NCBI GenBank assembly: GCA_964016885.1
Contig: OZ024742.1
Coordinates: 342,612,001-342,676,000, forward strand
Source: Eledone cirrhosa
Taxonomy: Eukaryota
Length of the DNA: 64,000 bases
Reading direction: 5' to 3'
Positions 41,401 through 56,400 of the stretch are shown here, one piece after another; within the stretch, counting starts at the first letter, position 1; each line of letters begins with the position of its first letter. The notes under the pieces are model-generated. The model did not search any database. It saw only the letters and a program-made list of their open reading frames with translations, and had not been told where the DNA came from. The translations under genes were made by a program, and so were the position numbers.

Positions 41401-44400
41401 AGTATGTGATCTCCAGTGGTATGAAGTATGTGATCTCCAGTGGTATGAAATATGTGATCTACAGTGGTATGAAGTATGTGATCTCCAGTGGTATGAAGTA
41501 TGTGATCTCCAGTGGTATGAAGTATGTGATCTCCAGTGGTATGAGGTATGTCAGCTCCAGTGGTATGAAGTATGTGATCTCCAGTGGTATGAAATATGTG
41601 ATCTACAGTGGTATGAAGTATGTTAGCTCCAGTGGTATGAAGTATGTGATCTACAGTGGTATGAAGTATGTCAGCTCCAGTGGTATGAAGTATGTGATCT
41701 CCAGTGGTATGAAGTATGTGATCTACAGTGGTATGAAGTATGTGATCTACAGTGGTATGAAGTATGTGATCTACAGTGGTATGAAGTATGTGATCTACAG
41801 TGGTATGAAGTATGTCATCTACAGTGGTATGAAGTATGTGATCTACAGTGGTATGAAGTATGTGATATCCTGTGGTATGAAGTATGTGATCTCCAGTGGT
41901 ATGAAGTATGTCAGCTCCAGTGGTATGAAGTATGTGATCTCCAGTTGTATGAAGTATGTGATCTACAGTGGTATGAAGTATATGATCTCCTGTGGTATGA
42001 AGTTTGTGATCTACAGTGGTATGAAGTATGTTAGCTCCTGTGGTATGAAGTATGTGATCTCCAGTAGTATGAAGTATGTGATCTCCAGTGGTATGAAGTA
42101 TGTGATCTACAGTGGTATGAAGTCTGTGATCTCCTGTGGTATGAAGTATGTGATCTACAGTGCTATGAAGTATGTGATATCCTGTGGTATGAAGTATGTG
42201 ATATCCTGTGGTATGAAGTATGTGATCTCCAGTGGTATGAAGTATGTGATATCCTGTGGTATTAAGTATGTGATCTCCAGTGGTATGAAGTATGTGATCT
42301 CCAGTGGTATGAAGTATATGATCTCCAGTGGTATAAAGTATGTGATCTACAGTGGTATGAAGTATGTGATCTCCAGTAGTATGAAGTATGTCAGCTCCAG
42401 TGGTATGAAGTATGTGATCTCCAGTGGTATGAAGTATGTGATCTACAGTGGTATGAAGTATGTGATCTACAGTGGTATGAAGTATGTGATATCCTGTGGT
42501 ATGAAGTATGTGATATCCTGTGGTATGATGTGTGTGATCTCCAGTGGTATGAAGTATGTGATCTCCAGTGGTATGAAGTATGTGATCTCCAGTGGTATGA
42601 AGTATGTGATATCCTGTGGTATGAAGTATGTGATCTCCAGTGGTATGAAGTATGTGATCTCCAGTGGTATGAAGTATATGATCTCCAGTGGTATGAAGTA
42701 TGTGATCTACAGTGGTATGAAGTATGTGATCTCCAGTAGTATGAAGTATGTCAGCTCAAGTGGTATGAAGTATGTGATCTCCAGTGGTATGAAGTATGTG
42801 ATCTCCAGTGGTATGAAGTATGTGATCTCCAGTGGTATGAAGTATGTGATCTCCAGTGGTATGAAGTATGTCAACTCCAGTGGTATGAAGTATGTCAGCT
42901 CCAGTGGTATGAAGTATGTGATCTCCAGTGGTATGAAGTATGTGATCTCCAGTGGTATGAAGTATGTCAGCTCCAGTGGTATGAAGTATGTGATATCCTG
43001 TGGTATGAAGTATGTGATCTACAGTGGTATGAAGTATGTGATCTCCAATGGTATGAAGTATATGATCTCCAGTGGTATGAAGTATGTGATCTCCAGTGGT
43101 ATGAAGTATGTGATCTCCAGTGGTATGAAATATGTGATCTACAGTGGTATGAAGTATGTGATCTCCAGTGGTATGAAGTATGTGATCTCCAGTGGTATGA
43201 AATATGTGATCTCCAGTGGTATGAAGTATGTGATCTCCAGTGGTATGAAGTATGTCATATCCTGTGGTATGAAGTATGTGATCTCCAGTGGTATGGAGTA
43301 TGTCAGCTCCAGTGGTATGAAGTATGTGATCTCCAGTGGTATGAAGTATGTGATCTCCAGTGGTATGAAATATGTGATCTACAGTGGTATGAAGTATGTT
43401 AGCTCCAATGGTATGAAGTATGTGATCTACAGTGGTATGAAGTATGTGATCTCCTGTGGTATGAAGTATGTGATCTACAGTGGTATGAAGTATGTGATCT
43501 CCAGTGGTATGAAGTATGTGAGCTACAGTGGTATGAAGTATGTGATCTACAGTGGTATGGAGTATGTCAGCTCCAGTGGTATGAAGTATGTGATCTCCAG
43601 TGGTATGAAGTATGTGATCTCCAGTGGTATGAAATATGTGATCTACAGTGGTATGAAGTATGTTAGCTCCAGTGGTATGAAGTATGTGATCTACAGTGGT
43701 ATGAAGTATGTGATCTCCTGTGGTATGAAGTATGTGATCTACAGTGGTATGAAGTATGTGATCTCCAGTGGTATGAAGTATGTGAGCTACAGTGGTATGA
43801 AGTATGTGATCTACAGTGGTATGAAGTATGTGATCTCCAGTGGTATGAAGTATGTTAGCTCCAGTCGTATGAAGTGTGTGATCTACATTGGTATGAAGTA
43901 TGTGATCTACAGTGGTATGAAGTATGTGATCTACAGTGGTATGAAGTATGTGATATCCTGTGGTATGAAGTATGTGATCTCCAGTGGTATGAAGTATATG
44001 ATCTACAGTGGTATGAAGTATGTGATCTACAGTGGTATGAAGTATGTGATTTACAGTGGTATGAAGTATGTGATCTACAGTGGTATGAAGTATGTGATCT
44101 CCTGTGGTATGAAGTATGTGATCTACAGTGGTATGAAGTATATGATCTACAGTGGTATGAAGTATGTGATCTACAGTGGTATGAAGTATGTGATTTACAG
44201 TGGTATGAAGTATGTGATCTACAGTGGTATGAAGTATGTGATCTCCTGTGGTATGAAGTATGTGATCTACAGTGGTATGAAGTATGTGATCTCCAGTGGT
44301 ATGAAGTATGTGATCTACAGTGGTATGAAGTATGTGATATCCTGTGGTATGAAGTATGTGATCTCCAGAGGTATGAAGTATGTCAGCTCCAGTGGTATGA

Positions 44401-47400
44401 AGTATGTGATCTCCTGTGGTATGAAGTATGTGATCTACAGTGGTATGAATTATGTGATTTCCAGTGGTATGAAGTATGTGATCTCCAGTGGTATGAAGTA
44501 TGTCAGCTCTAGTGGTATGAAGTATGTGATCTCCAGTTGTATGAAGTATGTGATCTACAGTGGTATGAAGTATGTGATCTCCTGTGGTATGAAGTATGTG
44601 ATCTACAGTGGTATGAAGTATGTTAGCTTCTGTGGTATAAAGTATGTGTTCTCCAGTGGTATGAAGTATGTGATCTCCAGTGGTATGAAGTATGTGATCT
44701 ACAGTGGTATGAAGTATGTGAACTCCTGTGGTATGAAGTATGTGATCTACAGTGGTATGAAGTATGTGATCTCCAGTGGTATGAAGTATGTGATCTACAG
44801 TGGTATGAAGTATGTGATCTCCAGTGGTATGAAGTATGTGATCTACAGTGGTATGAAGTATGTGATCTACAGTGGTATGAAGTATGTGATCTACAGTGGT
44901 ATGAAGTATGTGATCTACAGTGGTATGAAGTATGTGATCTCCAGTGGTATGAAGTATGTAATCTACAGTGGTATGAAGTATGTGATCCCCAGTGGTATGA
45001 AGTATGTGATCTCCTGTGGTATGAAATATGTCAGCTCCAGTGGTATGAAGTATGTGATCTCCAGTGGTATGAAGTATGTGATCTCCAGTGGTATGAAATA
45101 TGTGATCTACAGTGGTATGAAGTATGTGATCTCCAGTGGTATGAAGTATGTGATCTCCAGTGGTATGAAGTATGTGATCTCCAGTGGTATGAAGTATGTC
45201 AGCTCCAGTGGTATGAAGTATGTGATCTCCAGTGGTATGAAATATGTGATCTACAGTGGTATGAAGTATGTTAGCTCCAGTGGTATGAAGTATGTGATCT
45301 ACAGTGGTATGAATTATGTCAGCTCCAGTGGTATGAAGTATGTGATCTCCAGTGGTATGAAGTATGTGATCTACAGTGGTATGAAGTATGTGATCTACAG
45401 TGGTATGAAGTATGTGATCTACAGTGGTATGAAGTATGTGATCTACAGTGGTATGAAGTATGTCATCTACAGTGGTATGAAGTATGTGATCTACAGTGGT
45501 ATGAAGTATGTCAGCTCCAGTGGTATGAAGTATGTGATCTACAGTGGTATGAAGTATGTAATCTACAGTGGTATGAAGTATGTGATCTCCAGTGGTATGA
45601 AGTATGTGATCTCCTGTGGTATGAAATATGTGATCTACAGTGGTATGAAGTATGTGATCTCCAGTGGTATGAAGTATGTGATCTCCAGTGGTATGAAATA
45701 TGTGATCTCCAGTGGTATGAAGTATGTGATCTCCAGTGGTATGAAGTATGTGACCTCCAGTGGTATGAAATATGTGATCTACAGTGGTATGAAGTATGTG
45801 ATCTCCAGTGGTATGAAGTATGTGATCTCCAGTGGTATGAAATATGTGATCTCCAGTGGTATGAAGTATGTGATCTCCAGTGGTATGAAGTATGTCATAT
45901 CCTGTGGTATGAAGTATGTGATCTCCAGTGGTATGAAGTATGTCAGCTCCAGTGGTATGAAGTATGTGATCTCCAGTGGTATGAAGTATGTGATCTCCAG
46001 TGGTAGGAAATATGTGATCTACAGTGGTATGAAGTATGTTAGCTCCAGTGGTATGAGGTATGTGATCTACAGTGGTATGAAGTATGTGATCTCCTGTGGT
46101 ATGAAGTATGTGATCTACAGTGGTATGAAGTATGTGATCTCCAGTGGTATGAAGTATGTGATCTACAGTGGTATGAAGTATGTGATCTACAGTGGTATGA
46201 AGTATGGGATCTCCAGTGGTATGAAGTATGTTAGCTCCAGTGGTATGAAGTGTGTGATCTCCAGTGGTATGAAGTATGTGATCTACAGTGGTATGAAGTA
46301 TGTGATCTACAGTGGTATGAAGTATGTGATATCCTGTGGTATGAAGTATGTGATCTCCAGTGGTATGAAGTATGTCAGCTCCAGTGGTATGAAGTATGTG
46401 ATCTCCTGTGGTATGAAGTATGTGATCTACAGTGGTATGAATTATGTGATCTCCAGTGGTATGAAGTATGTGATCTCCAGTGGTATGAAGTATGTCAGGT
46501 CTAGTGGTATGAAGTATGTGATCTCCAGTTGTATGAAGTATGTGATCTACAGTGGTATGAAGTATGTGATCTCCTGTGGTATGAAGTATGTGATCTACAG
46601 TGGTATGAAGTATGTTAGCTTCTGTGGTATAAAGTATGTGATCTCCAGTGGTATGAAGTATGTGATCTCCAGTGGTATGAAGTATGTGATCTACAGTGGT
46701 ATGAAGTATGTGATCTCCTGTGGTATGAAGTATGTGATCTACAGTGGTATGAAGTATGTGATCTCCAGTGGTATGAAGTATGTGATCTACAGTGGTATGA
46801 AGTATGTGATCTACAGTGGTATGAAGTATGTGATATCCTGTGGTATGAAGTATGTGATCTACAGTGGTATGAAGTATGTGATCTACAGTGGTATGAAGTA
46901 TGTGATCTACAGTGGTATGAAGTATGTGATCTCCAGTGGTATGAAGTATGTAATCTACAGTGGTATGAAGTATGTGATCCCCAGTGGTATGAAGTATGTG
47001 ATCTCCTGTGGTATGAAATATGTCAGCTCCAGTGGTATGAAGTATGTGATCTCCAGTGGTATGAAGTATGTGATCTCCAGTGGTATGAAATATGTGATCT
47101 ACAGTGGTATGAAGTATGTGATCTCCAGTGGTATGAAGTATGTGATCTCCAGTGGTATGAAGTATGTGATCTCCAGTGGTATGAAGTATGTCAGCTCCAG
47201 TGGTATGAAGTATGTGATCTCCAGTGGTATGAAATATGTGATCTACAGTGGTATGAAGTATGTTAGCTCCAGTGGTATGAAGTATGTGATCTACAGTGGT
47301 ATGAAGTATGTCAGCTCCAGTGGTATGAAGTATGTGATCTCCAGTGGTATGAAGTATGTGATCTACAGTGGTATGAAGTATGTGATCTACAGTGGTATGA

Positions 47401-50400
47401 AGTATGTGATCTACAGTGGTATGAAGTATGTGATCTACAGTGGTATGAAGTATGTCATCTACAGTGGTATGAAGTATGTGATCTACAGTGGTATGAAGTA
47501 TGTCAGCTCCAGTGGTATGAAGTATGTGATCTACAGTGGTATGAAGTATGTAATCTACAGTGGTATGAAGTATGTGATCTCCAGTGGTATGAAGTATGTG
47601 ATCTCCTGTGGTATGAAATATGTGATCTACAGTGGTATGAAGTATGTGATCTCCAGTGGTATGAAGTATGTGATCTCCAGTGGTATGAAATATGTGATCT
47701 CCAGTGGTATGAAGTATGTGATCTCCAGTGGTATGAAGTATGTGACCTCCAGTGGTATGAAATATGTGATCTACAGTGGTATGAAGTATGTGATCTCCAG
47801 TGGTATGAAGTATGTGATCTCCAGTGGTATGAAATATGTGATCTCCAGTGGTATGAAGTATGTGATCTCCAGTGGTATGAAGTATGTCATATCCTGTGGT
47901 ATGAAGTATGTGATCTCCAGTGGTATGAAGTATGTCAGCTCCAGTGGTATGAAGTATGTGATCTCCAGTGGTATGAAGTATGTGATCTCCAGTGGTAGGA
48001 AATATGTGATCTACAGTGGTATGAAGTATGTTAGCTCCAGTGGTATGAGGTATGTGATCTACAGTGGTATGAAGTATGTGATCTCCTGTGGTATGAAGTA
48101 TGTGATCTACAGTGGTATGAAGTATGTGATCTCCAGTGGTATGAAGTATGTGATCTACAGTGGTATGAAGTATGTGATCTACAGTGGTATGAAGTATGGG
48201 ATCTCCAGTGGTATGAAGTATGTTAGCTCCAGTGGTATGAAGTGTGTGATCTCCAGTGGTATGAAGTATGTGATCTACAGTGGTATGAAGTATGTGATCT
48301 ACAGTGGTATGAAGTATGTGATATCCTGTGGTATGAAGTATGTGATCTCCAGTGGTATGAAGTATGTCAGCTCCAGTGGTATGAAGTATGTGATCTCCTG
48401 TGGTATGAAGTATGTGATCTACAGTGGTATGAATTATGTGATCTCCAGTGGTATGAAGTATGTGATCTCCAGTGGTATGAAGTATGTCAGCTCTAGTGGT
48501 ATGAAGTATGTGATCTCCAGTTGTATGAAGTATGTGATCTACAGTGGTATGAAGTATGTGATCTCCTGTGGTATGAAATATGTGATCTACAGTGGTATGA
48601 AGTATGTTAGCTTCTGTGGTATAAAGTATGTGATCTCCAGTGGTATGAAGTATGTGATCTCCAGTGGTATGAAGTATGTGATCTACAGTGGTATGAAGTA
48701 TGTGATCTCCTGTGGTATGAAGTATGTGATCTACAGTGGTATGAAGTATGTGATCTCCAGTGGTATGAAGTATGTGATCTACAGTGGTATGAAGTATGTG
48801 ATCTACAGTGGTATGAAGTATGTGATATCCTGTGGTATGAAGTATGTGATCTACAGTGGTATGAAGTATGTGATCTACAGTGGTATGAAGTATGTGATCT
48901 ACAGTGGTATGAAGTATGTGATCTCCAGTGGTATGAAGTATGTAATCTACAGTGGTATGAAGTATGTGATCCCCAGTGGTATGAAGTATGTGATCTCCTG
49001 TGGTATGAAATATGTCAGCTCCAGTGGTATGAAGTATGTGATCTCCAGTGGTATGAAGTATGTGATCTCCAGTGGTATGAAATATGTGATCTACAGTGGT
49101 ATGAAGTATGTGATCTCCAGTGGTATGAAGTATGTGATCTCCAGTGGTATGAAGTATGTGATCTCCAGTGGTATGAAGTATGTCAGCTCCAGTGGTATGA
49201 AGTATGTGATCTCCAGTGGTATGAAATATGTGATCTACAGTGGTATGAAGTATGTTAGCTCCAGTGGTATGAAGTATGTGATCTACAGTGGTATGAAGTA
49301 TGTCAGCTCCAGTGGTATGAAGTATGTGATCTCCAGTGGTATGAAGTATGTGATCTACAGTGGTATGAAGTATGTGATCTACAGTGGTATGAAGTATGTG
49401 ATCTACAGTGGTATGAAGTATGTGATCTACAGTGGTATGAAGTATGTCATCTACAGTGGTATGAAGTATGTGATCTACAGTGGTATGAAGTATGTCAGCT
49501 CCAGTGGTATGAAGTATGTGATCTACAGTGGTATGAAGTATGTAATCTACAGTGGTATGAAGTATGTGATCTCCAGTGGTATGAAGTATGTGATCTCCTG
49601 TGGTATGAAATATGTGATCTACAGTGGTATGAAGTATGTGATCTCCAGTGGTATGAAGTATGTGATCTCCAGTGGTATGAAATATGTGATCTCCAGTTGT
49701 ATGAAGTATGTGATCTCCAGTGGTATGAAGTATGTGACCTCCAGTGGTATGAAATATGTGATCTACAGTGGTATGAAGTATGTGATCTCCAGTGGTATGA
49801 AGTATGTGATCTCCAGTGGTATGAAATATGTGATCTCCAGTGGTATGAAGTATGTGATCTCCAGTGGTATGAAGTATGTCATATCCTGTGGTATGAAGTA
49901 TGTGATCTCCAGTGGTATGAAGTATGTCAGCTCCAGTGGTATGAAGTATGTGATCTCCAGTGGTATGAAGTATGTGATCTCCAGTGGTAGGAAATATGTG
50001 ATCTACAGTGGTATGAAGTATGTTTGCTCCAGTGGTATGAGGTATGTGATCTACAGTGGTATGAAGTATGTGATCTCCTGTGGTATGAAGTATGTGATCT
50101 ACAGTGGTATGAAGTATGTGATCTCCAGTGGTATGAAGTATGTGATCTACAGTGGTATGAAGTATGTGATCTACAGTGGTATGAAGTATGGGATCTCCAG
50201 TGGTATGAAGTATGTTAGCTCCAGTGGTATGAAGTGTGTGATCTCCAGTGGTATGAAGTAAGTGATCTACAGTGGTATGAAGTATGTGATCTACAGTGGT
50301 ATGAAGTATGTGATTTACAGTGGTATGAAGTATGTGATCTCCTGTGGTATGAAGTATGTGATCTACAGTGGTATGAAGTATGTGATCTCCAGTGGTATGA

Positions 50401-53400
50401 AGTATGTGATCTACAGTGGTATGAAGTATGTGATATCCTGTGGTATGAAGTATGTGATATCCAGTGGTATGAAGTATGTCAGCTCCAGTGTTATGAAGTA
50501 TGTGATCTCCTGTGGTATGAAGTATGTGATCTACAGTGGTATGAAGTATGTGATCTACAGTGGTATGAAGTATGTGATATCCTGTGGTATGAAGGATGTG
50601 ATATCCTGTGGTATGAAGTATGTGATCTCCAGTGGTATGAAGTATGTCAGCTCCAGTGGTATGAAGTATGTGATCTCCAGTTGTATGAAGTATGTGATCT
50701 ACAGTGGTATGAAGTATATTATCTCCTGTGGTATGAAGTATGTGATCTACAGTGGTATGAAGTATGTTAGCTCCTGTGGTATGAAGTATGTGATCTCCAG
50801 TGGTATGAAGTATGTGATCTCCAGTGGTATGAAGTATGTGATCTACAGTGGTATGAAGTCTGTGATCTCCTGTGGTATGAAGTATGCGATCTACAGTGCT
50901 ATGAAGTATGTGATATCCTGTGGTATGAAGTATGTGATATCCTGTGGTATGAAGTATGTGATCTCCAGTGGTATGAAGTATGTGATATCCTGTGGTATTA
51001 AGTATGTGATCTCCAGTGGTATGAAGTATGTGATCTCCAGTGGTATGAAGTATATGATCTCCAGTGGTATAAAGTATGTGATCTACAGTGGTATGAAGTA
51101 TGTGATCTCCAGTAGTATGAAGTATGTCAGCTCCAGTGGTATGAAGTATGTGATCTCCAGTGGTATGAAGTATGTGATCTCCAGTGGTATGAAGTATGTG
51201 ATCTCCAATGGCATGAAGTATGTGATCTCCAGTGGTATGAAGTATGTCAACTCCAGTGGTATGAAGTATGTCAGCTCCAGTGGTATGAAGTATGTGATCT
51301 CCAGTGGTATGAAGTATGTGATCTGCAGTCGTATGAAGTATGTCAACTCCAGTGGTATGAAGTATGTGATCTCCAGTGGTATGAAGTATGTGATCTCCAG
51401 TGGTATGAAGTATGTGATCTCCAGTGGTATGAAGTATGTCAGCTCCAGTGGTATGAAGTATGTGATATCCTGTGGTATGAAGTATGTGATCTACAGTGGT
51501 ATGAAGTATGTGATCTCCAGTGGTATGAAGTATGTGATCTCCTGTGGTATGAAGTATGTGATCTACAGTGGTATGAAGTATGTGATCTCCAGTGGTATGA
51601 AGTATGTGATCTACAGTGGTATGAAGTATGTGATATCCTGTGCTATGAAGTATGTGATCTCCAGTGGTATGAAGTATGTCAGCTCCAGTGGTATGAAGTA
51701 TGTGATCTCCTGTGGTATGAAGTATGTGATCTACAGTGGTATGAATTATGTGATCTCCAGTGGTATGAAGTATGTGATCTCCAGTGGTATGAAGTATGTC
51801 AGCTCTAGTGGTATGAAGTATGTGATCTCCAGTTGTATGAAGTATGTGATCTACAGTGGTATGAAGTATGTGATCTCCTGTGGTATGAAGTATGTGATCT
51901 ACAGTGGTATGAAGTATGTTAGCTTCTGTGGTATAAAGTATGTGATCTCCAGTGGTATGAAGTATGTGATCTCCAGTGGTATGAAGTATGTGATCTACAG
52001 TGGTATGAAGTATGTGATCTCCTGTGGTATGAAGTATGTGATCTACAGTGGTATGAAGTATGTGATCTCCAGTGGTATGAAGTATGTGATCTACAGTGGT
52101 ATGAAGTATGTGATCTACAGTGGTATGAAGTATGTGATATCCTGTGGTATGAAGTATGTGATCTACAGTGGTATGAAGTATGTGATCTACAGTGGTATGA
52201 AGTATGTGATCTACAGTGGTATGAAGTATGTGATCTCCAGTGGTATGAAGTATGTAATCTACAGTGGTATGAAGTATGTGATCTCCAGTGGTATGAAGTA
52301 TGTGATCTCCTGTGGTATGAAATATGTCAGCTCCAGTGTTATGAAGTATGTGATCTCCAGTGGTATGAAGTATGTGATCTCCAGTGGTATGAAATATGTG
52401 ATCTACAGTGGTATGAAGTATGTGATCTCCAGTGGTATGAAGTATGTGATCTCCAGTGGTATGAAGTATGTGATCTCCAGTGGTATGAAGTATGTCAGCT
52501 CCAGTGGTATGAAGTATGTGATCTCCAGTGGTATGAAATATGTGATCTACAGTGGTATGAAGTATGTCAGCTCCAGTGGTATGAAGTATGTGATCTCCAG
52601 TGGTATGAAGTATGTGATCTACAGTGGTATGAAGTATGTGATCTACAGTGGTATGAAGTATGTGATCTACAGTGGTATGAAGTATGTGATCTACAGTGGT
52701 ATGAAGTATGTCATCTACAGTGGTATGAAGTATGTGATCTACAGTGGTATGAAGTATGTCAGCTCCAGTGGTATGAAGTATGTGATCTACAGTGGTATGA
52801 AGTATGTAATCTACAGTGGTATGAAGTATGTGATCTCCAGTGGTATGAAGTATGTGATCTCCTGTGGTATGAAATATGTGATCTACAGTGGTATGAAGTA
52901 TGTGATCTCCAGTGGTATGAAGTATGTGATCTCCAGTGGTATGAAATATGTGATCTCCAGTGGTATGAAGTATGTGATCTCCAGTGGTATGAAGTATGTG
53001 ACCTCCAGTGGTATGAAATATGTGATCTACAGTGGTATGAAGTATGTGATCTCCAGTGGTATGAAGTATGTGATCTCCAGTGGTATGAAATATGTGATCT
53101 CCAGTGGTATGAAGTATGTGATCTCCAGTGGTATGAAGTATGTCATATCCTGTGGTATGAAGTATGTGATCTCCAGTGGTATGAAGTATGTCAGCTCCAG
53201 TGGTATGAAGTATGTGATCTCCAGTGGTATGAAGTATGTGATCTCCAGTGGTAGGAAATATGTGATCTACTGTGGTATGAAGTATGTTAGCTCCAGTGGT
53301 ATGAGGTATGTGATCTACAGTGGTATGAAGTATGTGATCTCCTGTGGTATGAAGTATGTGATCTACAGTGGTATGAAGTATGTGATCTCCAGTGGTATGA

Positions 53401-56400
53401 AGTATGTGATCTACAGTGGTATGAAGTATGTGATCTACAGTGGTATGAAGTATGGGATCTCCAGTGGTATGAAGTATGTTAGCTCCAGTGGTATGAAGTG
53501 TGTGATCTCCAGTGGTATGAAGTATGTGATCTACAGTGGTATGAAGTATGTGATCTACAGTGGTATGAAGTATGTGATTTACAGTGGTATGAAGTATGTG
53601 ATCTCCTGTGGTATGAAGTATGTGATCTACAGTGGTATGAAGTATGTGATCTCCAGTGGTATGAAGTATGTGATCTACAGTGGTATGAAGTATGTGATAT
53701 CCTGTGGTATGAAGTATGTGATATCCAGTGGTATGAAGTATGTCAGCTCCAGTGGTATGAAGTATGTGATCTCCTGTGGTATGAAGTATGTGATCTACAG
53801 TGGTATGAAGTATGTGATCTACAGTGGTATGAAGTATGTGATATCCTGTGGTATGAAGTATGTGATATCCTGTGGTATGAAGTATGTGATCTCCAGTGGT
53901 ATGAAGTATGTCAGCTCCAGTGGTATGAAGTATGTGATCTCCAGTTGTATGAAGTATGTGATCTACAGTGGTATGAAGTATATGATCTCCTGTGGTATGA
54001 AGTTTGTGATCTACAGTGGTATGAAGTATGTTAGCTCCTGTGGTATGAAGTATGTGATCTCCAGTGGTATGAAGTATGTGATCTCCAGTGGTATGAAGTA
54101 TGTGATCTACAGTGGTATGAAGTCTGTGATCTCCTGTGGTATGAAGTATGTGATCTACAGTGCTATGAAGTATGTGATATCCTGTGGTATGAAGTATGTG
54201 ATATCCTGTGGTATGAAGTATGTGATATCCTGTGGTATGAAGTATGTGATCTCCAGTGGTATGAAGTATGTGATCTCCAGTGGTATGAAGTATATGATCT
54301 CCAGTGGTATAAAGTATGTGATCTACAGTGGTATGAAGTATGTGATCTCCAGTAGTATGAAGTATGTCAGCTCCAGTGGTATGAAGTATGTGATCTCCAG
54401 TGGTATGAAGTATGTGATCTCCAGTGGTATGAAGTATGTGATCTCCAGTGGCATGAAGTATGTGATCTCCAGTGGTATGAAGTATGTCAACTCCAGTGGT
54501 ATGAAGTATGTCAGCTCCAGTGGTATGAAGTATGTGATCTCCAGTGGTATGAAGTATGTGATCTCCAGTGGTATGAAGTATGTCAACTCCAGTGGTATGA
54601 AGTATGTGATCTCCAGTGGTATGAAGTATGTGATCTCCAGTGGTATGAAGTATGTGATCTCCAGTGGTATGAAGTATGTCAGCTCCAGTGGTTTGAAGTA
54701 TGTGATATCCTGTGGTATGAAGTATGTGATCTACAGTGGTATGAAGTATGTGATCTCCAGTGGTATGAAGTATGTGATCTACAGTGGTATGAAGTATGTG
54801 ATCTCCAGTGGTATGAAGTATGTGATCTCCAGTGGTATGAAGTATGTGATCTACAGTGGTATGAAGTATGTGATATCCTGTGGTATGAAGTATGTGATCT
54901 CCAGTGGTATGAAATATGTGATCTCCAGTGGTATGAAGTATGTGATCTCCAGTGGTATGAAGTATGTGATCTCCAGTGGTATGAAGTATGTGATCTCCAG
55001 TGGTATGAAGTATGTGATCTACAGTGGTATGAAGTATGTGATCTCCAGTGGTATGAAGTATGTGATCTCCAGTGGTATGAAATATGTGATCTCCAGTGGT
55101 ATGAAGTATGTGATCTCCAGTGGTATGAAGTATGTCATATCCTGTGGTATGAAGTATGTGATCTCCAGTGGTATGGAGTATGTCAGCTCCAGTGGTATGA
55201 AGTATGTGATCTCCAGTGGTATGAAGTATGTGATCTCCAGTGGTATGAAATATGTGATCTACAGTGGTATGAAGTATGTTAGCTCCAGTGGTATGAAGTA
55301 TGTGATCTACAGTGGTATGAAGTATGTGATCTCCAGTGGTATGAAGTATGTGATCTACAGTGGTATGAAGTATGTGATCTACAGTGGTATGAAGTATGTG
55401 ATCTCCAGTGGTATGAAGTATGTTAGCTCCAGTGGTATGAAGTGTGTGATCTACAGTGGTATGAAGTATGTGATCTACAGTGGTACGAAGTATGTAATCT
55501 CCAGTGGTATGAAGTATGTGATCTACAGTGGTATGAAGTTTGTGATCTACAGTGGTATGAAGTATGTGATCTATAGTGGTATGAAGTATGTGATCTCCTG
55601 TGGTATGAAGTATGTGATCTACAGTGGTATGAAGTATGTGATCTCCAGTGGTATGAAGTATGTGATCTCCAGTGGTATGAAGTATGTGATCTACAGTGGT
55701 ATGAAGTATGTGATATCCTGTGGTATGAAGTATGTGATCTCCAGTGGTATGAAGTATGTCAGCTCCAGTGGTATGAAGTATGTGCTCTCCTGTGGTATGA
55801 AGTATGTGATCTACAGTGGTATGAAGTATGTGATCTCCAGTGGTATGAAGTATGTGATATCCTGTGGTATGAAGTATGTAATATCCTGTGGTATGAAGTA
55901 TGTGATCTCCAGTGGTATGAAGTATGTGATCTCCAGTGGTATGAAGTATGTGATATCCTGTGGTATGAAGTATGTGATCTCCAGTGGTATGAAGTATGTG
56001 ATCTCCAGTGGTATGAAGTATATGATCTCCAGTGGTATGAAGTATGTGATCTACAGTGGTATGAAGTATGTGATCTCCAGTGGTATGAAGTATGTGACCT
56101 CCAGTGGTATGAAATATGTGATCTACAGTGGTATGAAGTATGTGATCTCCAGTGGTATGAAGTATGTGATCTCCAGTGGTATGATATATGTGATCTCCAG
56201 TGGTATGAAGTATGTGATCTCCAGTGGTATGAAGTATGTCATATCCTGTGGTATGAAGTATGTGATCTCCAGTGGTATGAAGTATGTCAGCTCCAGTGGT
56301 ATGAAGTATGTGATCTCCAGTGGTATGAAGTATGTGATCTCCAGTGGTATGAAATATGTGATCTACAGTGGTATGAAGTATGTTAGCTCCAGTGGTATGA